This document shows, one piece after another, positions 1 to 7,957 of a stretch of DNA of 32,000 nt (position 1 is its first letter; every line of letters begins with the position of its first letter). The notes under the pieces were generated by a model. It was not told where the DNA came from. It made no database searches and saw only the letters and a list, made by a program, of their open reading frames with translations. The position numbers and the translations under genes were made by a program. The stretch is from Nitrosococcus oceani ATCC 19707 (GTDB taxonomy: Bacteria > Pseudomonadota > Gammaproteobacteria > Nitrosococcales > Nitrosococcaceae), in the NCBI RefSeq assembly GCF_000012805.1, contig NC_007484.1, forward strand, positions 2,760,001 through 2,792,000, in the 5' to 3' direction.

Positions 1-527
1 TTGGCGCGCTGCTGGCGGCGGAGGGCTTTACGGTGGCCGAAGACCATGAGCGGGGCCTGGATCACGGGGTGTTTATCCCCATGAAGCTGGCCTTCCCGGA
101 GGCCGAGGTGCCGGTGGTGCAGCTTTCGCTACGATCGGGCCTGGACCCCACCGAGCACCTCAAGGCAGGCCAGGCCTTGGCGCCCCTTCGCCGCCAGGGG
201 GTGTTGATCGTCGGCAGCGGCATGAGCTATCACAACATGGCGCAATTGCGCCACGGCGGCCCTGCCATCGATCCCGCCTCGCAGCATTTCGATGCCTGGC
301 TGGCGGAAACCGTGGCCTTACCGCCCGGGCAGCGGGAACCACGGCTCACCGAGTGGTCCCGTGCGCCCGGCGCACGGGACTCCCATCCACGGGAGGAGCA
401 TCTCTTACCCTTGCATGTCGTCGCTGGCGCGGCGGATGGGGGCCCAGGGTTGAAAGTGTTCGAGGACCAGGTGCTCGGCAGTGTGCAATCCGCCTTTCTT
501 TTCGGGGATTCGTCTCCCCCTCCATAA
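1..527 (+). CDS. ygiD: 4,5-DOPA dioxygenase extradiol-like protein (YgiD / class III extradiol dioxygenase family); 5' end lies outside the window
   Basis: Frame 3 is open from base 3 (GALLAAEGFTVAEDHERGLDHGVFIP...), so the M at 33 is internal. Motifs RGLDHGVFIP, VVQLS and LIVGSGMSYHN are typical of YgiD/LigB-type dioxygenases. Stop at 525-527. Confidence 0.75.
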   Translation, partial: GALLAAEGFTVAEDHERGLDHGVFIPMKLAFPEAEVPVVQLSLRSGLDPTEHLKAGQALAPLRRQGVLIVGSGMSYHNMAQLRHGGPAIDPASQHFDAWLAETVALPPGQREPRLTEWSRAPGARDSHPREEHLLPLHVVAGAADGGPGLKVFEDQVLGSVQSAFLFGDSSPPP

Positions 528-711
528 CGGTCCGAGTCATGGAAAGCTTTTCAAAAATTAATCGGTTAGGGAACAACAGTGACTATAGTGATATGGGAGA
601 GGGGAAAGAATCGATTTCAGCGCTCCCATTTTTTCCAAGTTGCCGGCACCGTTCAGCTTTGACGGGCAAGGCTCAGTCAACACGATAGCAAACACGTAGG
701 AGATAGGACCC

Positions 712-1314
712 ATGACAAAACTACTCGTTCTTTATTACAGCATGTATGGCCATGTGGAGACGATGGCTCACGCTGTAGCCGAAGGGGCTCGCTCTGTGGA
801 GGAGGTTGAGGTCACCCTAAAGCGGGTGCCAGAACTGATGCCAGAGGAGATCGCCCGCAATGCAGGGGCTAAGCTCGCTCAAGAAGCCCCCATTGCCACG
901 GTTGATGAATTGCCGGAATATGACGCGATCATTTTCGGAACGCCCACCCGGTTTGGAAATATGTGCGCTCAAATGCGAAACTTTCTTGACCAAACGGGAA
1001 AGCATTGGATGAGCGGTGCGCTGATTGGTAAGGTGGGCAGTGTCTTCACCTCTACCGCCTCTCAACACGGCGGACAGGAAACCACGATCACCTCCTTCCA
1101 TAGCACGTTGCTGCATCAAGGCATGGTGATCGTCGGTGTTCCCTATTCCTGCCAAGCCCTGCTCAACATGAATGAAATTACGGGCGGTTCTCCTTATGGG
1201 GCAAGCACGCTGGCAGACGCTGACGGGAGTCGACAACCCTCAGAAAACGAGCTGACCATCGCCCGCTTTCAAGGTGAACATGTCGCTAAGTTTACGAAAA
1301 AGGTAGTGGAATAA
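712..1314 (+). CDS. wrbA: NAD(P)H:quinone oxidoreductase WrbA (flavodoxin-like fold)
   Basis: 200 aa, [26 protein letters not shown]... with [12 protein letters not shown] and GGQETT motifs, full-length WrbA pattern. AGGAGA RBS lies upstream of the ATG. Confidence 0.9.
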   Translation: MTKLLVLYYSMYGHVETMAHAVAEGARSVEEVEVTLKRVPELMPEEIARNAGAKLAQEAPIATVDELPEYDAIIFGTPTRFGNMCAQMRNFLDQTGKHWMSGALIGKVGSVFTSTASQHGGQETTITSFHSTLLHQGMVIVGVPYSCQALLNMNEITGGSPYGASTLADADGSRQPSENELTIARFQGEHVAKFTKKVVE

Positions 1315-1353
1315 CCGCTCTACATCCAGTTTTACGGCTGAGGAGAAAGCTTC

Positions 1354-2272
1354 ATGACCCTACCCAACGCACAGTGGCCGAAGTTGCCCTTGGAGCAGTG
1401 GCAGGAGACCTACGAGACGCTCCACCTCTGGAGCCAGATCGTAGGAAAAATCCGGCTAGCCCAGATGCCCTGGATCAACCACTCCTGGCATGTTCCTTTC
1501 TACGTCACGGTCCGTGGACTGACGACCTCCCCTATCCCCTATGGCGCTGGCGCTTTCGAGATCGCTTTCGATTTCCATCGCCACGAGCTGCACGTGACGA
1601 CCGCCGAGGGCGAGCAGCGCTCCTTGGCATTGGAGCCCATGTCGGTGGCGGACTTCTACCGGAAAATCATGCAAGTCCTCGGCGAACTGCCTGCACATCG
1701 AGACGCCCATTTGGCCGGTCCCCGTCGAAATTCCCAACCCTATCCAGCCCTTCCCTGAGGACGAAGCCTATGGGGCCTACGATCCAGAGCCGGTCGAGCG
1801 CTTCTGGCGCGCCTTGCTGCAAGTACACCGGGTCTTTACGGGCTTCCGCGCCCGTTTCATTGGAAAGGTGAGCCCGGTGCATTTTTTCTGGGGCGCATTC
1901 GATCTGGCGGTGACCCGCTTCTCGGGGCGGACCGCGCCGAAGCACCCCGGCGGCATCCCCAATTGCGCGGATTGGGTGGCGGAAGAGGCCTATTCCCATG
2001 AGGTCTCGAGCGCCGGCTTCTGGCCGGGCGCCGGGCTAGGCGAGGCCGCCTTCTACGCCTATGCTTACCCTGAGCCGGACGACTTTCGGAAATACGCCGT
2101 GGGACCGGAGGCGGCCTACTACCACGAAGCGCTGGGCGAGTTCATCCTGCCCTACGAGGCGGTGCGAATGGCTGACGAACCCGACACGGTGCTGCTGGAA
2201 TTCTTACAGCGCACCTACGAGGCGGCTGCTGACCTCGCTAAGTGGGACCGCCATGGGTTGGAGCGAAGATAG
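1354..2272 (+). pseudogene. DUF5996-family gene split by a frameshift near 1688-1691
   Basis: ORF 1354..1758 (frame 1: WPKLPLEQWQETYETLHLWSQIVGKIRLAQMPWINHSWHVPFYVT...) and the frame-2 reading that ends at 2272 (RFWRALLQVHRVFTGFRARFIGKVSPVHFFWGAFDLAVTRFSGR...AYSHEVSSAGFWPG) are the N- and C-halves of one ~300-aa DUF5996-type protein. Frame 2 is already open and protein-like from ~1691 (LHIETPIWPVPVEIPNPIQPFPEDEAYGAYDPEPVERFW). Confidence 0.7.
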
Positions 2273-2349
2273 GACCATCGAATGGGGCACACACAGATGT
2301 CGTGACGAGGTAACGACGAACAGCAATTCCACGTGGAGGTAAACACATC

Positions 2350-3120
2350 ATGAAGCGAAACCTTGTGAATAAAATGGGGGTAGGACGTCATCTCAGCCGA
2401 CGAGAGATGCTCCTTCTAACTGGCGTCACAGCCGCCTCCCTGGTGATGGGAAGGCACGTACGTGGGCAATCCGCCCCTGGAGCGCCAGCACAGATACCGG
2501 ATAAGAGGGCAATGCCTTCCTGCGTGGTGAGACCCCAGCAAACGGAAGGCCCCTATTTCGTGGATGAGAAGCTCAAACGCTCCGACATTCGCTTCGAGCC
2601 CTCGGACCATTCGGTGAAAGAGGGCGTTCCGTTGCGCCTGGTGTTTCGCGTCTCCCGGATAGAGGGTAGCGCTTGTACGCCACTGAGTGGCGCCATGGTG
2701 GATGTTTGGCAATGTGACGCGCTGGGCGTTTATTCGGATGTTCAGGACATCAACGGGTTATTCGATACCCGGGGGAAGAAGTTTTTGCGAGGATATCAAA
2801 TCACGGATGCCAGCGGGAAAGTGGAGTTCGTCACTATTTATCCGGGATGGTATCCGGGCAGAACCGTCCATATCCACTTCAAGATTCGCACCGATCCTGC
2901 CTCGCCACGGGGCCATGAATTTACCTCCCAGCTTTACTTCGACGACTCCCTCACGGATCGAGTGCACGCGCAGGCGCCCTACGCCACAAGAGGGCAGCGC
3001 ACTTTGAGGAACGCGGGCGATCGGATCTTCCAAGGGGGAGGCAACGAGCTGATACTGCCGCTCGCCAAGGAGGCCGCAGACTACGCCGGAACGTTCGATA
3101 TCGGACTTCAGATGACCTGA
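2350..3120 (+). CDS. intradiol ring-cleavage dioxygenase family protein with Tat-type signal peptide
   Basis: 256 aa. N-terminus LSRREMLLLTGVTAASLV is twin-arginine-like. QTEGPYF, GYQITDASGKVEFVTIYPGWYPGRTVHIHFKI are hallmark motifs of the protocatechuate/catechol intradiol dioxygenase C-terminal fold. The start could instead be M9 (2374). Confidence 0.75.
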   Translation: MKRNLVNKMGVGRHLSRREMLLLTGVTAASLVMGRHVRGQSAPGAPAQIPDKRAMPSCVVRPQQTEGPYFVDEKLKRSDIRFEPSDHSVKEGVPLRLVFRVSRIEGSACTPLSGAMVDVWQCDALGVYSDVQDINGLFDTRGKKFLRGYQITDASGKVEFVTIYPGWYPGRTVHIHFKIRTDPASPRGHEFTSQLYFDDSLTDRVHAQAPYATRGQRTLRNAGDRIFQGGGNELILPLAKEAADYAGTFDIGLQMT

Positions 3121-3298
3121 AATATCGCTTGGCTTTGCTCAGGATTCAGCACCGCCCTGGTCAACAGCGATTGAAGTTGTCGAGGCCAAGGAGACCCGGC
3201 GCCCATGGTGGTGTTCAAATCTGGGCGAATGCTTCGCTGCCTGATAAGTCGGTGGGCGGGTGAATAATGCATGCCAGAGGAAATCAAATAATATGACC

Positions 3299-3432
3299 AA
3301 ATAGTATAGTCACGAGATATTAGCCCAAAGCGCGCTACATCCGATTGGTACGGCGGCGAGAAAGGATGCGCGCTGTTTTTGGCGTATCTTGTAGCCCTAT
3401 CCCATACTTTTTATCTCGTGACGATACTATTT
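3299..3432. repeat. 134-bp element bounded by 21-bp inverted repeats (20/21 match), with an inner hairpin plus T-run
   Basis: aaatagtatagtcacgagata (3299-3319) matches the reverse complement of tatctcgtgacgatactattt (3412-3432) with one mismatch. Inside, agcgcgc...gcgcgct is followed by gttttt. Both arms are followed by ttagccca. It lies at the transition out of the GC-richer left block. Confidence 0.5.
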
Positions 3433-3644
3433 AGCCCATCAACATTCCACATCCTTAGCTATATAATTTGCCGCCAGCCCTCGGAGCTTATAAATGCGAT
3501 AACCGATTCGCACTACCCGGCACAGGTTAATTGAGTAGTAGGTATTGGCAACAACCCAGACATGCTACTACCCTCTCCCTCTGTTGGCATTAAGAATTAT
3601 TCAACGCCCACAAGCTTGCATTTCAAGCGATCTCATTAAGTTTA

Positions 3645-3685
3645 TCTTCATATTAACACCATAAACTCCCGTTACGGTCTCGCCT
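3645..3685 (+). promoter_or_regulatory. conserved upstream block of porin 1; candidate PhoB (Pho) box / promoter
   Basis: tcttcatattaacaccataaactcccgttacggtctcgcc is conserved with 5529-5568 upstream of the paralogous porin. TCAT/CCAT cores are spaced 11 nt apart, as in Pho-box direct repeats. Confidence 0.35.
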
Positions 3686-3760
3686 TTTTATTCATTGAAG
3701 GGACGCTGGCAAGTCCTAACAAAAATAGTCGAAATTATTTTTTAACGGGAGCGCAGGATT

Positions 3761-5155
3761 TTGAAATTTAAAACTAAAAATCCCCTTATCTATAGCATTA
3801 TTTTGGGTTGGGCAAGCTTCTTAGTCACTCCGGTCTATGCCGGCACCGAAACAATGCTCGAACTGCTCAAGATATTACGAGACCGGGGCACCCTTAGCCA
3901 AGATGAATTTGAAATGCTCCGCAACGCTGCCAAAGATGACGAGGAAAAGAAAGTCTCCGGTCAAGGAAAATTCAAGGAAGAAGCAAAGGAAACCCCTCAG
4001 AATTCCATTAAAGTTAAAACCGGTTACAAAGGGCTAGCCGTGGAATCCACCGATGGCGCCTTTAAATTCCATGTGGGCGGTCGGCTCCAAATCGATACCG
4101 CTTTTGTTGATGACGACAAAACAAGGCTAGGAAGCGGGGCAGAACTCCGTCGCGCGCGCCTCGAAGTTGGAGGCACTATGTGGAGGATCTGGGGCTACAA
4201 GTTCCAAATTGATTTTGGGCATGGCGAGACGAAGATCAAGGATGCCTATATTAAATTCAGAGGATTTAAGCCGGTCAGCTTTACTTTAGGTCAACAGAAA
4301 CTACCCTTTACCCTTCAATCATGGACCAGCAATAAATGGATAGTTTTTCAGGAGCGGGCACTCATGAACACTTTTATCGAAGATGATTCTATCGGCCGCC
4401 GCCGCTTTGGATTTAAGGCACACACCCATCGAATCATCCATGGAAATCACTGGACCGCCGCTGCGGGTATATTTGGTGAGGGAGTTGAACATAAGGGCCC
4501 ATTTAACGAAAGTTGGGCGCCCATGGGCCGGGTCACTTTTGCGCCCATCGCCGAGAAAACACGAGTACTACATTTTGGGGTTGATAGCTATTACCGCCAT
4601 TATCCGCCTAACCCCGATTTGTCTTTCACAGCCTATCCCGAAGTTCATAGCATACCGTCCCTTCTTAATTCCGGCGTAATCTCAGGGACCGAAGACGCCC
4701 TATTGCTAGCGGGAGAGCTTTCCGCCGTATGGGGTCCCTTCCACGCCCAGAGCGAGTACATCCATGCCCATGTGGGCCGTAAAAATGGACTGCCTGATCC
4801 TGATTTTTACGGTTGGTATGTCCAAGCCGGGTATTTTCTGACCGGGGAATCCCGCAACTACGAGCCAGAAGAAGGTCGCTATGGCCAAATTTTTCCCCAG
4901 GGAATTGTCGGCCAAGGTGGTTGGGGAGCTTGGGAAGTCGCCGCCCGCTTTAGCAAGCTTGATCTAGCAGATAGCGGAATTTTAGGCGGCGTGGAGAATA
5001 ACATTACCGTTGCTCTCAACTGGTATGCAACTCCCAGTATCCTATTTCGCATGAATTATATCCATGCCCATACCGACCCTACTAGCATCGCTGCTGGGCT
5101 GGGTGTTGATGAGAATGTCGATATTCTTGGTTTGCGAGCACAGGTCGTCTGGTAA
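3761..5155 (+). CDS. phosphate-selective porin O/P family outer-membrane porin (paralog 1), TTG start
   Basis: 464 aa. Signal peptide ends ...TPVYA/GTE. Motifs FHVGGRLQIDTAF, GAELRRARL, WGYKFQIDF, DAYIKF, GQQKLPFTLQS and the C-terminal LGLRAQVVW (terminal aromatic) fit the OprO/OprP family. Confidence 0.85.
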   Translation: MKFKTKNPLIYSIILGWASFLVTPVYAGTETMLELLKILRDRGTLSQDEFEMLRNAAKDDEEKKVSGQGKFKEEAKETPQNSIKVKTGYKGLAVESTDGAFKFHVGGRLQIDTAFVDDDKTRLGSGAELRRARLEVGGTMWRIWGYKFQIDFGHGETKIKDAYIKFRGFKPVSFTLGQQKLPFTLQSWTSNKWIVFQERALMNTFIEDDSIGRRRFGFKAHTHRIIHGNHWTAAAGIFGEGVEHKGPFNESWAPMGRVTFAPIAEKTRVLHFGVDSYYRHYPPNPDLSFTAYPEVHSIPSLLNSGVISGTEDALLLAGELSAVWGPFHAQSEYIHAHVGRKNGLPDPDFYGWYVQAGYFLTGESRNYEPEEGRYGQIFPQGIVGQGGWGAWEVAARFSKLDLADSGILGGVENNITVALNWYATPSILFRMNYIHAHTDPTSIAAGLGVDENVDILGLRAQVVW

Positions 5156-5279
5156 TAGGCGTACCGAGCATGTTTGGTTTAGTGACGTATCTTTACAAGC
5201 GTAGGTCATCTTTTTAATCTCCCTGCGCTAAACATCCACCGTCCTAAAAAGAGCCTTCTTTTGCCTCTCCTCCTGCCCT

Positions 5280-5478
5280 CTAGTGAAACCGCTTTTTTTG
5301 CGGCCCTGATTTTGCCGCCTCAGGAATAAACTGCTCCCAATTGTCGGCAAAATATTCCATCACGAGGAAACATAAAAAAGGTGCCCACCGACATGGGATC
5401 GGCTTTCCGCTCCTAAAACCATACCGCCTGCCCAAGGACAGATTTCAAGCGCGGTTGCTGCTATCCCGGCTCCCTTAA
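5280..5478 (-). pseudogene. cysQ: decayed 3' remnant of a second cysQ copy (internal deletion plus frame change)
   Basis: The minus strand translates to LEICPWAGGMVLGAESRSHVGGHLF, then in another frame FLVMEYFADNWEQFIPEAAKSGPQKKRFH*. Intact CysQ (7103-7957) has LKVRPWKGETALVAGSRSHAGKYLKSF ... FLVIADSAGQWERFIPEAAKSNSNSKN*. DNA-level similarity to 7120-7190 is also visible. Confidence 0.65.
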
Positions 5479-5528
5479 GTTAGCTCCCGATTTGGACTTT
5501 GCTTCACTATCACTGTTTTGTAATCTCA

Positions 5529-5568
5529 CCTTCATCTGAACGTCATAAATTCCCGCTATGGTCTCACC
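5529..5568 (+). promoter_or_regulatory. conserved upstream block of porin 2; candidate PhoB (Pho) box / promoter
   Basis: ccttcatctgaacgtcataaattcccgctatggtctcacc. The half acgtcataaat matches the E. coli-type Pho-box half ctgtcataaat at 9/11. TCAT cores are 11 nt apart. Homologous to 3645-3685. Confidence 0.35.
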
Positions 5569-5597
5569 CTTGCCAAATGAAATGGGGAGACAGGGTT

Positions 5598-6986
5598 TTG
5601 AAAGTTCAAGCTATAAATTCATTCATTCAAGGCGTTATTTGGTGTTGTGCAAGCTTATTAGCCGCTCCTGCTCATGCCGACACCGAGGCGATGCTAAATC
5701 TGCTCAAGATATTACAGGATCGGGGCACCATCAGCCAGGATGAATTTGAGGCACTACGGAATACCGCCCTGGAGGATGAAAAAAAACCTGCCGCCGAGCA
5801 AGAACAACCTAAAAAAGGAGTGGCAAAGAACACTCAGGATTCGGTTAAAGTGAGAGCTGACTACAAAGGGCTGACGGTGGAATCCGCTGATGGTAATTTT
5901 AAATTTAACGTGGGCGGCCGTATCCAAGCCGACGCTAATTTTTTTGATGAAGATCAAACGCCCCTCGGAAGCGGCGCAGAAATCCGCCGTGGACGCCTCA
6001 GAACTCAAGGCACCATGTGGCGGATCTGGGACTACAAATTCCAGGTCGACTTTGCAGAGGGTGAAACTGAAATTAATGATGCTTATATCAAATTCAATGG
6101 GCTAAAACCCGTCAGTTTTACTTTGGGCCATCAAAAAGTGCCTATTACCCTACAATCCATGACCAGCTCCAACTGGCAAGTCTTCCAGGAGCGGGCGCTG
6201 ATTGACGGCCTTGTGGACAATCCGGACATTGGCCGTCGCCGGCTAGGTCTTAATGTAGGCACCCATGGCAATCATTGGACCGTCAATAGCGGATTCTTTG
6301 GTGAAGGCACCGATGACGCCGGCAAATCCAATGAAAACTGGGGCACGGCCGGCCGAGTGACCTTCGCCCCTATCGCCGAGGCCACCCGGGTCGTGCACTT
6401 AGGGGGGGCCGCTTATTACCGTAATTTTGAACATGATCCAAAACTCGCTTTCTCAAGCCGTCTGGAGGCCCATGTTGCGGGAACTAGGCTGGTGAATACC
6501 GGCGTTATTTCCGAGGCCGATAACCTCTTATTGCTTGGGGGAGAACTTTCTACCGTGTGGGGTCCCTTCCATGCCCAGGGCGAATATCTACGAGCCGAGG
6601 TCGGCCGAAAAAATGGACTGCCTGAGCCTAACTTTGATGGCTGGTATCTCCAGGCAGGGTATTTCCTCACCGGCGAATCCCGCCGCTACGAGGTGGATAA
6701 AGGCCGCTATGGCCGGGTGATTCCCAAAGGCATTGTGGGCCAAGGGGGCTGGGGCGCCTGGGAAATCGCATTCCGCTATAGCACCCTTGACCTAACCGAT
6801 AAGGGGATTTTAGGCGGCGTGGAGAATAACTTTACTGCGGGTCTCAACTGGTGGGCGACCCCTAGTATTTTATTCCGCGCTAACTATATTCGTGCTGGCG
6901 CTGATCCCAACAGTGAAGCAACCAGGCTGGGGGGTATGGATGAAAGCGTGAATATCTTCACCCTGCGGGGTCAAATTGTATTCTAA
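5598..6986 (+). CDS. phosphate-selective porin O/P family outer-membrane porin (paralog 2), probable TTG start
   Basis: The ORF track opens at 5499, but the first ~33 codons are not protein-like. TTG-AAA at 5598 follows GGGGAGA and is the same start context as porin 1. The signal peptide ends AHA/DTE. Colinear with porin 1 over the full length; ends in RGQIVF. Confidence 0.85.
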   Translation: MKVQAINSFIQGVIWCCASLLAAPAHADTEAMLNLLKILQDRGTISQDEFEALRNTALEDEKKPAAEQEQPKKGVAKNTQDSVKVRADYKGLTVESADGNFKFNVGGRIQADANFFDEDQTPLGSGAEIRRGRLRTQGTMWRIWDYKFQVDFAEGETEINDAYIKFNGLKPVSFTLGHQKVPITLQSMTSSNWQVFQERALIDGLVDNPDIGRRRLGLNVGTHGNHWTVNSGFFGEGTDDAGKSNENWGTAGRVTFAPIAEATRVVHLGGAAYYRNFEHDPKLAFSSRLEAHVAGTRLVNTGVISEADNLLLLGGELSTVWGPFHAQGEYLRAEVGRKNGLPEPNFDGWYLQAGYFLTGESRRYEVDKGRYGRVIPKGIVGQGGWGAWEIAFRYSTLDLTDKGILGGVENNFTAGLNWWATPSILFRANYIRAGADPNSEATRLGGMDESVNIFTLRGQIVF

Positions 6987-7102
6987 TGCTAAGCTTAAGT
7001 GTTTCTTGCCCATCAGTTCCAATAATTATTTCCTTCGGGACTCATCAAAATTAAAGAGGATTGTTTATTTCTAATGTCAGGAGAAAAAGCGTAGTGAAGA
7101 AG

Positions 7103-7957
7103 CTAATTTTTAGAATTGGAATTCGATTTTGCCGCTTCTGGAATAAATCGTTCCCACTGGCCTGCGGAATCGGCAATCACCAGAAAAGAGGGATTGAGCA
7201 AAGATTTCTTTGCATTATAGCGAAGGGGCATTTTATTTAAGTCAATAAGAATCCCACCGGCTTCTTCCACCACGCACTGGGCTGCCGCCGTATCCCATTC
7301 CGAAGTCGTCCCAAAACGAGGATAAATATCGGCCTTCCCGTCGGCAACCAAGCAGAATTTTAAGGAACTCCCCATGGAAACTAATTCATAGTCCTTCACC
7401 TTATCCAGAAAAGACTTAAGGTATTTACCCGCATGGGAACGACTCCCGGCTACCAAAGCAGTTTCCCCTTTCCAAGGACGTACCTTGAGTCTGCTGACTA
7501 CTCCATCCGTTCCCCTTTGATAAGCGCCTTGGCCCCTGGAAGCGTAATATAACGCGTTCATTACGGGTGCATAAACTACCCCCAAAATAGATTGATGATC
7601 CTCAATCAACGCGATATTAACCGTAAATTCTCCATTACGCTTGACAAATTCACGGGTTCCGTCCAGGGGATCAACCAGCCAGTAACGGTGCCAACTCCTG
7701 CGCTCCGAAAAAGGTATTTCCCTGGATTCTTCCGACAGTACCGGCACCTCTGGTGTTAACCTTTTTAGTCCCTGAACGATAGTCTCGTGAGAGAGAAGAT
7801 CCGCTTCTGTCAAGGGCGAGCGGTCTTCCTTATGGGCTACCGTAAAATTAGTATTATAAACAGCCAGAATCTTCTCCCCTGCCTCTACTGCAATCTTTAG
7901 GATAGAATCAAGCAGTGGGGCTGGATCGCTTTCTAAAAGCATCGATATTTCACTCAT
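7103..7957 (-). CDS. cysQ: 3'(2'),5'-bisphosphate nucleotidase CysQ
   Basis: Inositol-monophosphatase-fold motifs: LTEADL, WLVDPLDGTREF, WDTAAAQCVVEEAGG. The ATG at 7957 overlaps the nudE stop (ATGA), so the longer track ORF up to 8056 is an in-frame extension inside nudE. Confidence 0.85.
   Translation of the reverse strand: MSEISMLLESDPAPLLDSILKIAVEAGEKILAVYNTNFTVAHKEDRSPLTEADLLSHETIVQGLKRLTPEVPVLSEESREIPFSERRSWHRYWLVDPLDGTREFVKRNGEFTVNIALIEDHQSILGVVYAPVMNALYYASRGQGAYQRGTDGVVSRLKVRPWKGETALVAGSRSHAGKYLKSFLDKVKDYELVSMGSSLKFCLVADGKADIYPRFGTTSEWDTAAAQCVVEEAGGILIDLNKMPLRYNAKKSLLNPSFLVIADSAGQWERFIPEAAKSNSNSKN

Noticed and set aside
1688-1691. Programmed ribosomal frameshift in the DUF5996 gene
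   Set aside because: There is no slippery heptamer or downstream structure at the site, and family members are single-ORF proteins. A mutation or sequencing error is far more likely.
3120-3300. Short ORFs or possible gene relic in the GC-rich tail after the dioxygenase gene (e.g. minus-strand MGAGSPWPRQLQSLLTRAVLNPEQSQAIFQVI)
   Set aside because: It is only about 32 codons, with no RBS and no recognisable similarity. It cannot be supported from the sequence alone.
5499-5597. N-terminal extension of porin 2 given by the ORF track (MLHYHCFVISPSSERHKFPLWSHPCQMKWGDRV)
   Set aside because: It is not signal-peptide-like and overlaps the conserved upstream regulatory block. The paralog starts at an equivalent TTG-AAA preceded by an RBS, so 5598 is the likelier start (ATG 5577 is a less likely alternative).
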